Origin: Haliotis cracherodii
Lineage: Eukaryota
Direction of reading: 5' to 3'
DNA length: 64,000 nt
Assembly (NCBI RefSeq): GCF_022045235.1
Contig: NW_027266319.1
Span: 36,022,001-36,086,000, forward strand
Part shown: positions 1 through 14,800 of the stretch, one piece after another
How the letters are laid out: each line of letters opens with the position of its first letter
Numbering within the stretch: the first letter of the stretch is position 1
Notes under the pieces: generated by a model
What the model was told of the DNA's origin: nothing
What the model saw: the letters and a program-made list of their open reading frames with translations, nothing else
The model's database searches: none
Position numbers and translations under genes: made by a program

Positions 1-902
1 ATGCAATTATGTTAAAACTGCTTTTGTTTTTTTAAAAAGCAAAGAAATGTGATATATTTGATACTGTTTGCACTTCAATTGTATTTCGTTTGTACAAAAA
101 GGCCTGTGGCCTATAAGAACTGAAGAACAGTTAAGACGCTAGAGACAATAAATCTTCCACTTTGAAAACAGTAAACATGTCACATGTATGTCGATTTGCT
201 ACTTAAATGATGTATTTATGCTGTTGCCCCTGACCCCTGTTTTCGCCCCATGTAATCGAAAACCCTATTTACAGGACATAAAGACTGAGTGATATAGTAC
301 ATTGACAACTACTACTGACTCTAGACTCTAGAGTTTTCTCATCGTAACATATATCCCTTTAGTCGGAGAAAGTAGGTGACAGAAAACAAAATCATAAACA
401 TTCACCATTGTACACTGTAGGTTATCTGGTACCAGAGAATGCGGGCTCATGTAGAACTGAATAGTACTAAACGTCTTGTTTGGTGAACACAACCAAACAT
501 TAAACTGTCTACATTCAATACAACACGCTGTAAACATGCGTCACGAGTATTTGTCGCTGTTACATATCAACCAGTATTTCCGTTTTCATAGTCTATATTA
601 ATTCAACGGAAGCACGCCTCTCTGGTGCTCACGGCGGACAGACATGCCTAACGTTTGCTAAACAATTGATAGAGCGCATGGTTTTATGGTGCCCACTAAA
701 ATAGCAACAAAATGCTTTGTTGGGTCCGAGTAATTCAATGGCTTAGCGAGTCGGGTTTTCTCCATTTGATTGACTGATTTCAGTACAGTTTGGTTGTCCA
801 GGCGACAATTCTTGTATGTGAATGAATAACAAAATTTTGTATGAACATAAATGTATTGTGGATAGTAGAAATATGGTAACTAGTCATGTCTTAAGTAAAT
901 GT

Positions 903-1270
903 AACGGGATCGGTTGGTCAGGCTCACTGACTTGGTTGATGCATGTCATCGTATCCCAATTGCGTGAATTGATGCTCATGATATCAATCACTGGGCTGTC
1001 TGGTCCAGACTCGATTATTTACAGACCGCCGACATACAGCTGGAATACTGCTGAGTGCGGCGTTAAACAACTATATGACGGCCGTCTGTAAAAAATCGAA
1101 ACTGGACCAAACAATGAAGTGATTAACATCATGAGCATCGATCTACGCAAGTGGGATGCGATGACATGCATCAACCAAGTCAGAGAGCCTGACCACCCGA
1201 TCCCGTTTGTCACCTCTTACGACAAGCATGGGATGCTTAAGACCGATTCTACCCCGGAATCTTCACGGGT
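903..1270. mobile_element. Two copies of interspersed element family D, tail-to-tail (903-1070 +, 1071-1270 -)
   Basis: Both match the roughly 250-bp consensus (gtgaagatccgggg..cttgtcgtaagaggcgactaacgggatcgggtggtcaggctc..ctggaatattgctgagtgcggcgttaaacaac) seen elsewhere in the window. Confidence 0.85.
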
Positions 1271-2112
1271 TCCTTGGTGGTTGTAAGTTATGGAGCTATG
1301 TACATTGCATGAAAACTATACTTTTGCACTTGAGTAGGGTTGTTCTTACCAGTGTACCTGTCGCTTGCAGAAGTTTAATCCTTTATGGTACTTCGCTTCT
1401 TTTCGAAAATGAGAATAAAGAATTTGGCCAGGCTGATTTATGACAAGATCCATCATGCCGGGTTGATGGTTACCTTTCTAGAGTAGGTGCTCTCTGAAGT
1501 GCATTTGTAAAAGAAACATTCATTAAAGAATACAGGGCTTCGTCTATAGTTTGCCCTACAGAACTGGTTACGTTAGCGGTATTAAACACATACTTATAAC
1601 ATAGCGCAGATCTAAGTGGAGCGTCTGGTGCCCAGCAGGTCAAGGTCCCTGCCTCGTTCTGAGTTGACCGCATGGCCAGATTTCTCTGCATTAAATAGGT
1701 CATTGTTCACGCGCTTCATGGCACAGGACTCATTAGCAGGAAAGATAAGCAGACGACTCAAGTAGGGTGTTCGGTGTCGGAAGTGAAACCATTGTCCTAG
1801 GCCAACATGAACGCACAGAGGGTTCCATAAGGGTCTCCTCCTCGGAGCAAACCCATTTTGTAGAAAAGCTTTTCAGTTATTAGACATGTTGACCTTGACG
1901 ACCTCCCAGGCGCTAATGGTGTCAGTAGCGCCTGCAAAGTGATGACACGTGACCATCACAAGCATAACGATAGTGTAGGCTGTTGTAACAAGTGTCCACG
2001 GGCAATTATATCTGAAATGAAAACACGTGTGACCCTCAACAGACGGACCCTCATCCATGCCTTAACTGATGCAGAGTCTGAGAAATATATCTCCCTTTGA
2101 AAACCGTTGTGT

Positions 2113-5100
2113 ATGTTCTTCATTCAAATGCAGTTTTTTTATACAGCGTGGAGAGTTTTTACACTCGCGGTATGGATCAGCTCAACGTGGGCGTGGTTTG
2201 AGACTGGCGAATCTTCTGGAATGACAAGTGAAAGTAAGTGAGATGGGTGTATATGTGACCAACGGAACCATTGCATTCTTTTGTTTTCAGTATCCACACG
2301 TCGGTACACTTTATGTCAAGTTGGTTACAAGTGTTTATGAGTAGGATATATAGTTATGTGAGATATACGTTGTTCTAAAGGATGTACCTATTTGTGAGAC
2401 TGGAAATAGATGCAGGGTTGTACATAAATTCCGAGCAATGAATTTAAGAAATTTAAGTCTGTAGTTAGCGCGTCCGGGGTTCTATCCCTGGCCGCGTCAT
2501 ACCAGAGACCATATAATAGTCTATTATATGGTCTCTGGTCATACCAAAGGACGTTAAAAGATGGTACTTTTATTCCCTGTCTGGCGCTCGGCATTAAGAG
2601 GCTAAAACGAGGACTGTTCGGCGCGGAGTCAGTATACTGTGTCTGAGTGGGGTATTCATGTTAAACTGCGGCGTGGTATCTCAGTGAGCCTTGTGTGTAT
2701 TTGAAAAGATACCAAATAACCACTCTTGAAAACATCGTTAAAATAAATTAAACACTTACCTTCACTGTTTTTTTCCATTCATGTGTTGATTACTTGCCAG
2801 CAAGTGCAAATTAATGTTTTATCTTTGCATCCACTGTGCTTATGATAGAGGGACTTCCATATTCATTACTAGAACTCCTATTATAAAAAACGAACACTTA
2901 CATCTACCTTACCAGAATTGTCTCAAACATTTTTCATAACAAATGTGCAAATACACACAAACTTACCCGGTTTTTATGGTATCACTCAGTGTTCGCCTGT
3001 GGGGGTGCGGTGATGGCGGGTACAGACGATGTAGAGTCACCCGGATTCCCAGAGTTCTACCCCTCAGACCTCGACTGCCTCTGGGTGATCAGAACAGCCC
3101 CAGGGTGGAGAATTAATATGACGTCACAGTACTTTGACCTCGAGGATCAATCACAGTGCTTGTAGGTAGTGAAAGATTTAACTAGAAATTTAAAATATTA
3201 CATTTTCTTACGGAAGCCTTTTAGGGTCATTTGGTTTGTTTTACTTTTTTTTCTTGAAATTTTAAGATACTAAAATTATAACTTGAAATCTCAAGATACG
3301 TAAGTTGAAATTTCAAGATACTAAGTTAAAATTTCAAGATATTATCTTTAAATTTCAACTTAGCATCTTGAAATTTCAACATAACATCTTTTAATTTCAA
3401 ATTAGTATCTTGGAATTTCATCTTATGTATCTTGAAATTTCAAATTAGTATCTTAAAATTTCAGCTTAGTATCTTGAAATTTTAGGAAAGTAAACAAAAA
3501 AACAAATGGACTCAAAGGCTTCCGTATTTTCTTCAAACTGTTCTTTTTTTGCCAAAAAATTGCAATTTAAATTAAATGATAAAATGACGTACGCAAACAG
3601 TATGAGAAATATCTTATTATGTTGTAATTATATAATACCAGTATGTCTGGTGGATCTACTACAGACAGACCCGTGACGATCTTAGCAACCCATGCTTGCT
3701 GTAAGAAATTGCTGTAAGAGGCAACTGTTCTTGTCGTAAGAGGCGACTAACAGGATTGGGTGGTCAGTCTCGCCGACCAGGTTGATGCATGTCATCGTAT
3801 CCAAACTGCGAAGATCGATGCTCGTGATGTCAATCACTGGATTGTCTGGTCCAGACTGATTATTTACAGGCCGCCTTCAAATAGCAGGAATATTGCTGAG
3901 TGTGGCGTTAAACAACAAACAAACAAACTACAGACAAGTATCTGTTCACAAGAACAAATGAAGGTACAATGTTGGTCAAATAATGGAAAACTGAATTATT
4001 GATGACTTGGTGCCTTGAAAGAGTATTGTCCCAGAAAGAGCACACAGCATGAATGTGAAATACTCCCAAGTAAATGATCTCCCACTGTTTACATTAACTG
4101 ACGGCCACAACGAAGATACCAACATTTAGAATGTCCCATCCTTCAATGAAACGGTGCATAATATGTACCTGTGGCTATTACGAGCTAGCATAGTCTCATA
4201 AGTCCAGCCAAAATAGAACTCCGTAATTGCAGCCTAGTTCGGCAAGGGTGGAAACTGGACTTTTATAGTCAGTTAGTACCCTTACCTCGGGAAGATGTGG
4301 GCCAATTTCAGGCTGCGCATCAAAATCACCAGACTGAAGACTCGTTTCCGACACACTGGCAGTACCAGCATCTTCTGATATGGTCACTGAAGAGCACATG
4401 TGGGCCTTTCTGTTCGTTGGACCAGAGAACGACCAGTTCCTCCGCTCACAGGACAGGCCTTGCTAACGACTGGTCGAGGACTGGCGCCGGATTCCAGCAT
4501 CCCTCATCAACAGTATGACGTTCTCAGTTAGGCGTCTAGTTCCATATGTGTTACGTGCCAATGAAGGACATACGCATGTGATTCCAGCTCTTCACGGTGA
4601 CTTTACTGTGCGTGAGAACACTGACTACTTCCTCGAATAACGAACACGTGACTCCACCTTCATGACTGTACACGTGGCGTCATTATCTGTGACAATAATC
4701 TGTGAAAATTCTGCACATCTAACCTGACGGACCTTCAAAATGAAATAAATTTTGTTATAATTGTTTGTTTGTCATGTCTGAAATATGTTAGGTAGCGTTT
4801 AATTTGGCCAGTGAGTTAAGCATTTAGGCTCTAGAATTTTCTGACACATTCTCTGACCTTCCGCCATGTTGTCACATTACATGTATAGCATGCTGATTTG
4901 AAAAAAAGGTCATACCAATGATCATATAACACTTGACTAACACACAATTATATATGTGACATTCAGAGGGACCTATGTTGCAATTTGTCAAATACATACA
5001 ATTAATAAAAACGCTTTAAAGTAATCAGGTATTAGTTTTTTCGACAATTAACGCTGCTTCATAAAGATATGTGAAAGGTAGGGCAGAAGTTATTTGTAAT

Positions 5101-8100
5101 TATTTCAACAGATGGGATTTTCTTGAAGTAAAAGATGGAGACATCGCTACTGAATCCGGAAAAGCAAGGTATTGTGGGAACGAACATATCTCCTTCCTGT
5201 CCTCTTCTGACGTCATAACCCTCCGATTCCAGACGGACGCAGCAGGCGATGGGATTGGCTTCAGGCTCAACTTCACCCCCGNNNNNNNNNNNNNNNNNNN
5301 NNNNNNNNNNNNNNNNNNNNNNNNNNNNNNNNNNNNNNNNNNNNNNNNNNNNNNNNNNNNNNNNNNNNNNNNNNNNNNNNNNNNNNNNNNNNNNNNNNNN
5401 NNNNNNNNNNNNNNNNNNNNNNNNNNNNNNNNNNNNNNNNNNNNNNNNNNNNNCTACACTTCAGTGCCAGGCACACCACACTACACTATTTATCAGGCAC
5501 ACTACACTAAACTATCAGGCACACTACGCTGCACTACACTATCAGGCACACTACACTACACTATCAGACACACTAAGCTGCACTACACTATCAGGCACAC
5601 TACACTATCAAGCACACTACACTACGCTACACTATCAGACACACCACACTAACTACTATCAGGCATATTACACTACACTGTCAGGCACACTACGCTGCAC
5701 TACATTATCAGGCACACTACACTACACTATCAGGCACACCACACTGCACTGCACTAGACTACACTACACTACGCTAGCAGGCACACTACACTACACTACA
5801 CTACACTACACTACACTACACTACACTACACTACACTACATTAGTTGTCTTTTTTTACTACACACTATAATGTGAATTCATGCAGGGCATCGCTATACTC
5901 ACGCAGTTGCCGTTATCAATTACCAGAGTGTGTGGGTTATATGAAGAAAAGTATAGCCAGTACCGACCATACATCAGGAGATATGTGCAGGAGATACCTG
6001 AAGAATATGGGCTGGTGTTGTAGGTGCTGCTGAAGACTACTGCAACACGACCTTGACCGGAGACAAGGGGTTCATCACCTCCCCCGGCTACCCCCTGGCC
6101 TACCCCCCGAGCGTTTTATGTCACTACACAATACAGGTTGGTGGGGATTCGGGGTTGGAATACGCCCCAACAATGCTTGTCGTGCGAAGATACTAACGAA
6201 ATTGGGTGGTCATGCTATTTCATTTGATTGATTGCGGGTCTCCGTATCCTGCGGACGGTGGAACTTGCTCACAATATCAACAGCTGGTTTGTCTGGTCCA
6301 GACTCGATTACTTACGGTCCGCCGTGATAAAGTTGGATGATTGTGGATAGTGGCGTTAAACTATAAACAAACAAAGAAACAAATTGGAAAGGACTGGAGA
6401 TTTAATGTTGGCATTGCATCTAAACATTCAATAAGCCAAGTAATTAAACACCCAGAAAGGTTTGGAACTGTATGACGGGATTTGTTTTGTTTTTATTCTC
6501 AAGATAGTTGCCACGGTTTTACAATTAACCCTAACAGACTCACATGGCGAGAGGTATAGGGCCGCTTTAAGCAAAATTCCAGCAAGATCACGGCGGGGGA
6601 CACCAGAAATGGCCTTCACAAATTTGACCCATGTCGGGAATCGAACGCGGGTCTTCGGCGTGACGAGCGAACGCTTTAACCACTGTGCTATCCGACCACC
6701 TCTGGTGTGATAAGAACTTTAAGAAGAATAACAATAATAAATCCCAAAATAAGAGTTGAAATGTCAATTAACTTGTTTTTATTATGAACCCTGTAAAGAC
6801 CATCTTCCCGAGGCAAGTGAGTTAACTGACTTTAAAAGTCCAGTTTCCACCCTTGCCGAACTGGGCTGGAATTTCTGGGCTCGATCGTAGCGCCACCAGT
6901 GGCTATTACGAGTTATATCCTTTCTATGCCTCTCCTATGGACCAATCAGATTCAACCTCTCGTATCACTTGCATTTGCTTCAAACAAAACGGTGGCGCCC
7001 AGTCAAGACGATCTGATTGATAATCAAGATCTATATTGTATTAAAACGATTCTTACATCGCGAAGTGCATCAAATCACGTGAGCACCTTGATTAAAAGCA
7101 TGAAAAGATTTAGAAAATATCTGTTGACAACGAGTTAGCGGTGCACACGTTTTGCAAATCCTGCAGTCGACCGAAATCTGCATGACACTTTACGAACCGG
7201 ATTTCGATTTCGGTGTGCGATTTTGATTGGACTATGCATAGACTCGTTAGTCCAGCCAAAATGTAACTCCATAATACCAGCCTAGTTCGGCAAGGGTGGA
7301 AACTGGACTTTTATAGTCAGTTAACTCTCTTGCCTCGGGAAGATGTGTAAAGACACACTGGAAACTGTCTGATGTTAAGTTAGATTGCACGTGTATTTAT
7401 GTTGTTATTGTTAACCAGGGTCCACCACACAGCTTTGTCGAACTTCGGCTCATGTATTTGGACGTCGAGACGTCTCCTTGCGACTTTGACTACGTTGCTG
7501 TGCACGACGGTCCGAACACAGGTTAGTAGGACTCATTTTAGTACGAAAAGTGTTGATGTTGTTTGTATATAGTTGTCAGGAAATTATCAGCTGCGTCGTG
7601 ACATGTATTTGACGTCATTGCTTGAATCACACAAGTCATGTCAAGTTATCATTGAATGTTAATTGTGATTCTTATGTCAAAATGACATGTCATGTATCGG
7701 TGTCACGTAAAGGCACAAAATTATTCAGTTTTGTTATTATTTTTATTCCTTGTGAGTAATATCAGGTTCTGTGTCTGATTTTTGTAGGTTAATTAGAAAA
7801 AAATATATTCAAATCATATAATGTACCCTTTGTCCTTTGATCTTTGCCGAATATCCTTACATCTGCGTCAGTTGAAATTGGATAAAGATTCAATTCTTAG
7901 GGAAGTGAAAAAACATTAAATAGTGTTTATACATCTCACATTAATAAAAAAAATTCAAATAATTAATCTCAGCATTATTTGAGGAATATCGCATGGGTGA
8001 AAAGTTAATATTGTATATATTGCATAAATAAAACAAATACTTTCTATACATGCATTGATGCCTGTAACATTTGTTAATTTAATACAGATTTGCTGATTAC

Positions 8101-11100
8101 AAAGATTCACATAATCATGAAACTTAATCAAACTTGGTCATAATCTACAACCTATTTGAATGTTATTTATGTTAAAATTCTTTTCCTTGCTGCAACTGTT
8201 GCCTTTCATCTTAATAATATAATTAGCTTCATGTATGCACTATGTAAACAGGGGGCATAGGTGGCCCATTTGTCTAAGGCGCCGCAATTCGCTGTGCAAA
8301 GTTGCGTCCCTTGGGAGCGCCAGGAACCTATGATTGTGGGTTGGAATCCCGGTTCGCCCCGATTTTGTTTCTAGGTTTGTCAGCACCATACCCGTGCTCG
8401 TAGGTTTCACCGAAGTGGCAAACATTGGCCGAATATCAATGTTTTTGATGGGTAACATGTGGTCGATAGTGTGAGCATTGGTCTACGTTATCGAGGTATA
8501 ATGACGGTAATTGTGTATGTGGTCTTCCTGTCCTTCCTGGCGGCATATTCCTTTACTCAATCACTCTATGCAGAACAAAATTAGTGCTGAGACCCTATAT
8601 AATAACCATCACACGATCTCATATATTTAGACTCTGAGAGACTGGCGTTGTTATGTGGTATGACCGCTCATGGCAACTGGACCTCATCTGGACGACATAT
8701 TCACCTCGTGTTTAAGTCGGACTCGGCCATACAGACACACGGCTTCAACGTCAGCTACCACGTGGTACCCCTGGCTACCACAACAGCCTCCACAACAGCA
8801 TCTACGACCGTCACAAAACTTCCAAGAGGTACATACAAAACTGTTTAAGCACAACATTCTCTCCTATATCCATCTCCAACTGTTCACTGCAATAAAAAAT
8901 AATTTAAAAGTAAAGTATTGTATGTTTAGGGGCCATCTTCTAGTGAGACGTTCTGTTCATTCCAGCAGGCAAAACCTGTACAGTCACTTTGAGTGACGAT
9001 GGTGGCAATTTCACCAGTCCTAAGTACCCGGATGCTTATCCACATAACAGCAGGTGCGTGACCTACATCCGGGCGTCTAATCCAAGCACCATCGTCATAG
9101 AATTCATCACGTTTGATCTCGAGGAGAGCGAGAACTGTACATATGACACAGTGACATTATCATCAGGTAGGAGTATACCTAAAGTCCTCATACCTACCAA
9201 CCTCCATTAATACATGCGTGGTGTGTAAAATTAGACGTCTACTTAAACTTTACAGTCCTACTCAGGTAAACAATGTCAAATGAATACGAGAATATACCCC
9301 GTGAAAGTTCGGTGAACCTTACAGCAGATTGTTGGTCGTAATATGTATGCGCTGTTCAAGGACGTCATATGACGTCATATATTGCACATTGTGCATTGTC
9401 ATTAGAACAGAGTGGACCGGTAGCCTAGTGGTTAAAGCGTTCGCTCGTCACGCCGAAGACCCGGGTCCGATTCCCGACATGGGTACAATGTGTGAAGCTC
9501 ATTTCTGGTGTCCCCGCCGTGATATTGCTGGAATATTGCTAAAAGCGGGTTAAAACGTCACTCACTCACTCATTAGAACAGCTGGGTAGTTGGGAATCAA
9601 ACATACTATGTTTTCTCCTTAGAGCTATTTTACCTATAGCTTTAATAGCGCAAAATTGAATTTGAAACCGAATGCGTAGGTTGTGGTATGGACTTTATAT
9701 ATCTGCATATTTTTTAAGAAAGTGGACAAAACTATTGAATAATGCCAGGACTAAGCAAACTTAAATAAGACTTACCCATGGGTTTACCGATTCATCTACC
9801 CTACATGTACCAGCAATGGACATATTAAATCTGCCAGTCTCTCCAATTATTACTTTATTTGCTTACTTTACTACACCAAGATAACGGTTTAAAATACAAT
9901 GTTTGAACCTGTTCAATTACATCAAAATAGTGTACACCCCAGGATGAAAGAACAGGAGAAACATAACCATTAAATAGTGTACCTGCTATATCATAAAACT
10001 TTGTCTTAAAGAAATAATGAACAGTAATCGTAGCCTTGTGTGCTTGACTAGCAAGCGTCAAACAGGCCACTGTCCATTTACACAAATGTATATAATTAAC
10101 TTCGAAGAAAACAATTTTCCAAGAAATAAATAATATGTTGTGACTATAATTCCATTATCATAAAACCAGTCTTTGTCGAACAATACCCTCATTACGAAAA
10201 ACAAGAATTCTGGTTTTATCTGTTGGTCCCACCTTTTACAAAAGCAAACTGTTTCTATAGACAGGGTGTGAGAACATAACTTAAAATATCATCAGCTAAC
10301 AGCAATAACATGATATCCTTAATATATTGGCTTACAAAATACCATGATCACACATTTCATACATATCATTTCTAGTTCATCAATAAAAAAAATCATAACA
10401 CAATAAGAATCGTCATAGAATGACTGCCAAAGTGTATGAACGCAACAGCTTGAGAATTATCACAATGTCCGAGTTTGGAGAATTTGCACAATAATTAATA
10501 TTGACACCTAATCACATATCACAAGATTAACAAGACTCTTTCTGTTTATTTCAAGCCCCATATGGAGAGGTCAATGAGTCTATCAATCACGTGATATGTG
10601 GGGACAGTGTCAGACAGCGCGTGTTCACGTTCGACACGACAGCGGTGACGGTGACCTTCACCTCGGACACTTCCGTCAACGCCGGTGGCTACGTCGCACA
10701 CTACTTCGTGTCCCCGCTACAGAGAGGTAAACACCCATGTTGTCCACACATCGATACATTCATTTGTCTAATATGAATATATAGCACAGTACAGTGAAGA
10801 TCCGGGGTAGAATGGGTCTTCCGCAACCCATGCTTGCCGTAAGGGGCGACTATGCTTGTCGTAGGAGGCCGCTAACGGGGTCGGGTGGTCAGGCTCGCTG
10901 GCTTGGTTGATGCATGTCATCCTATCGATGCATTGATATCAATCACTGGAGTCTGACTCGATTATTTACAGAACGCCGTATAGCTGGAGTATTGCTGAGT
11001 GCGGCGTTAAACAACAAACAAACAGAGCAAAATACTTTCACAGTCCTTTCAAATACAATATAACGGGTGTTAAGTCATAACAACTTCGGAACTCTGAAGT

Positions 11101-11837
11101 GAGCAGGTATTAATACATACAACCAGCCAAAATATCATGAGTAAGTCAGTTGGTTTTAACGCCGCTCTGAACAGTGTTCCATATATATCACGGCGTGCCA
11201 GCTTGATGTGGGAGGTAAGACCGAAGTGATGCAGGTCTCGGACGTTTATCACTTTGATGAAACCCACAAGCACGGGTATGGTGCTGACAAACAAATAAAC
11301 ATAATCGGGGCGAACCAGGATTCGAACACACATTCATAGGTTTCTGGCGTGTCCGAGGGACTCGGCTCGAAATGAGTCGCCGTACACGACTGAGCCATCC
11401 GTGCCCCCAGACGGAGTTCCTTGTCCGTGGTGTGATTGTTATAGCATTGTCATGTGCTTATGACCGGTACCACTAGTGGGGCAGGATACACTCACCTTCT
11501 CGGGAACACGTGGTATCATCACTATGTGATAGTGATTCATAAACACACTCGTGATCATCTTCCCGGGACCGCCTCCGTGGTCTAGTGGTAGAGCGTCCGC
11601 CCGGAGAGCGGAGAGTCCGGGGTTCGATCCCCGGCCGTGTCATACCAAAAGACGTTAAAAGATGGTACTTGTTGTTACCATGTCTGGCACTCGGCATTAA
11701 GGGGCTAAAACAAGGTCTGCTCGGCTCGGAGTCAGTATACTGTGTCTGAGTGGGGTATTCATGTTAAACTGCGACATGGTATCTCAGTGTGCTAGCACTA
11801 TAAATCGGCATCAGTCCGGACTAGTACAAGCAGCCAC

Positions 11838-11885
<48 letters not shown>

Positions 11886-14800
11886 GCATGCACGTCGCTA
11901 TATAAATGCAATAATCTTGGAAGCGACGTTAAACCCCATTTCACCTCACCTCACCGATCATCTTACCGATGCAAGGGAATTAACTGATTGTATAAGATCA
12001 GTTTCCAGTCAGTTAGCTCCCTTACATCGGGAAGATGACTCGTTAATCAGAAATCTCTATGAATACGGAAAGGGTTTTGTCGCTTTTATAGTACAAAAAC
12101 GGTGCTGTTCGTTTTCAGCTCGAAATCTACTGCACGTTCGACATGATATACTCAGTCGCCCCTATTGGACACTGCTCATCGTGTATTTGCTTGTATTCCT
12201 CCACAGAGTCCCCATGTCCACTGCAGTGTAATAACGGGGGAACCTGCATTAAAGAGGGGGTAAACGACACTTCCGGGAACACATGGAGGTAAGCATGTAT
12301 GAAGCTGCAACCACGCGTAGACTCGTTGATAAATACGTCTGTTGAAAAACGTACGTGGGTACCCGCACGTGCAATAGAAGATGTTCTGCATCCTATGAGT
12401 CGATGTTTTACTATTAATAGTGAATTATTGTCACTTATTTTTAAGAATTCACCATAGTTTTTGCGTGATAAGGGTGACAGACAATAGTGATTTGATAACA
12501 TAATTACTTCCCGGAGAACTCCTTTTTCCATTAACCTAAAAGTGTATCATTGATATGACAAATTCTATTTTTTATATCAATAACACATTTCGATTTTGTG
12601 ATATCAACCATTCAATTCAGTGATATCTAAAAATGCATCGGTTGCATTGATATCTGAAAATGGAATTTGTGATGTCAATAAATACATTTATAGATATCTG
12701 AAATTGGAGTGAATGAGTACGTTTTTTTCGCCGCTTTTGGCAATATTCCAGCAATATCACGCCGGGGGACACCAGAAATGGGCTTCACACATTGTACCCA
12801 TGTCGGGAATCGAACCCGGGTCTTCGGAGCGAACGCTTAAACCGCTAGGTTATCCGACTGTGATATCAAAAAATGAATATAAAGGGGAATATAATGGGGA
12901 ATAAATAGCAAAACGGTGCTTGAAAACACCCTACCCACGTCACATGTATGAGTGACTGAGTGAGTATGGTTTTACGCCGCTTTTAGCAATATTCCAGCAA
13001 TATCACGGCGGGGACACCAGAAATGAGCTTCACACATTGTACCCATGTCGGGAATCGAACCCGGGTCTTCGGCGTGACGAGCGAACGCTTTAACCACTAG
13101 GCTACCCGACCGCCCTCACATGTATGAAAAAGCAATCCTTATTGATTCCAACTTTTAACTAACAATAGACCTAGGCGTAATCCCATTAAATGTACTTATA
13201 TCTGATATGCGTGTCTCTTCAAGATGTGACTGTTCTCGTGGTTTCTCTGGCGAAGAATGTGAGTATGAAGATGACGTCACATGTGAGGACTACGCATGTC
13301 ACAACGGAGGCACGTGTTACATCCAAGGCAGAGGTCCAAAGTGCCACTGTTTGCCGCGTTACACTGGAAGTCTCTGTACGACGCAGCTCATGCTGGTATG
13401 TAAGGCAGCCTAGAGGGGACGTTGTACATTTAACCTTCTGGGGAATTTCACATATTTGTCATTCCCATGGCACTGAGATAAACGTCTTTTTCCTGAACAG
13501 AAATAAAAACAATTTTCACGTTTCTCCACATCATATAACACAACCTATGGGTGAAGTGCTTTTAAAAAAAACATTTTGTCATTACCGTGGCAAGAAAACA
13601 TGGTTATTACCCAATTTGAGTCTATTTCTACAGTGAAGTTCAAAATAATTCCAATATTCGTACGAATTTCTATCACTACTCGCTAAAACATATCTGGTTG
13701 GCCAGTCGCTGTCTTGTAAGAACTCCTACATAAATCTGTTAGGCATCTACGATATCATGACGTCATCGTGTTTTCACTTGCTTGTGACGTCACAAGTGAC
13801 CCTGTTCACACAAGGATTTACTGCACTGAGTGTCTGATAGCTGGCACAAGATGGATTGGTCCAGCTATGGACGCAATGTCAATCATGCTACATCATCTGG
13901 GGATCCAGCTATGGACGCATGTAAATCATCTGGTGATCCAGCTATGGACGCATGTAAATCATGATACATCATCTGGGGATCCAGCTATGGACGCATGTCA
14001 ATCATGCTACATCATCTGGGGATCCAACCATGACACCGATGATGGAGAACGAGGACAACATCTAAAGAACCAACTTGGTCAAGTGAGGCAGATCCATTTT
14101 GTATGATATATGTACTTATAGTGTATTTTGACCTGTAGTGTATCTTGATTTTGTTGGCCAGACATGAAAAAAAGCGCAACCCAGAGTAAGTGCGGGTGTC
14201 CTGTTGGCGTTGTTGCAGGAGTCGGACAGAGTGACGTTCACGAAGGTGCCCCACAACATCACCATAGCGAGAGGCAGCAGCGTTCTACTGGAGTGTGCCG
14301 TGCAGGAGGGAGATGTCGGCATTATGTGGTCAGTTCGACGGCCATTTAATTTCAGACTCTTTGAGATAGAGTGTCATTGGTTTCCTTAATGTATTAACAC
14401 CCCGAGGTGATTCTGGGATCGAAATGGTCGCCAGCAATCTATTGCTTGTCGTAAGAGGTAACTAAGACGGATGGCATGGCATTCCTCGGTGATTTGGTTC
14501 ATAGCTTGTCATCGCGTGGGATTTGTCTGGCCCAATCTCGATTATGTCCAGTCCGTCTTCATATTGCTGGAATATTGCTGACTGAGGCGTAAACTAACAA
14601 CTCAGTCATCAGCTGATGACATATCCCCCGGTCTTCAGAAACCTATGCTTGCTGTAACAGGTGACTTTGCTTGTCGTAAGAGGCGACTAACAGGGTCGGG
14701 TTGTCAGGATTGTTGACTTGGTTGAAAAATGTCATCGTATCCCAATAGCGTGGATCGATGCTCATGATGTCAATGACTGGATTGTCCTGTACAGGCTCGA

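Noticed and set aside
328-2058. Possible minus-strand gene (short ORFs, donor-like site at ~1473, hydrophobic stretch at 1873-2058)
   Set aside because: I could not join the pieces into a stop-free spliced frame or recognise any domain.
5454-5865. Similarity of the cactacactatcagg repeat to the end of protease exon 4 (cactacacaatacagg)
   Set aside because: Low-complexity match, not adjacent to that junction; chance cannot be excluded.
9411-9490. tRNA gene candidates (A/B boxes here and at other SINE heads)
   Set aside because: They continue into SINE bodies with TSDs and simple-repeat tails, and lack a clean acceptor stem and poly-T terminator.
12119-12206. Alternative acceptor ttttcag at 12118 for the first EGF exon
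   Set aside because: It leads to a stop at 12231 in the incoming frame. The acceptor at 12206 gives the intact EGF.
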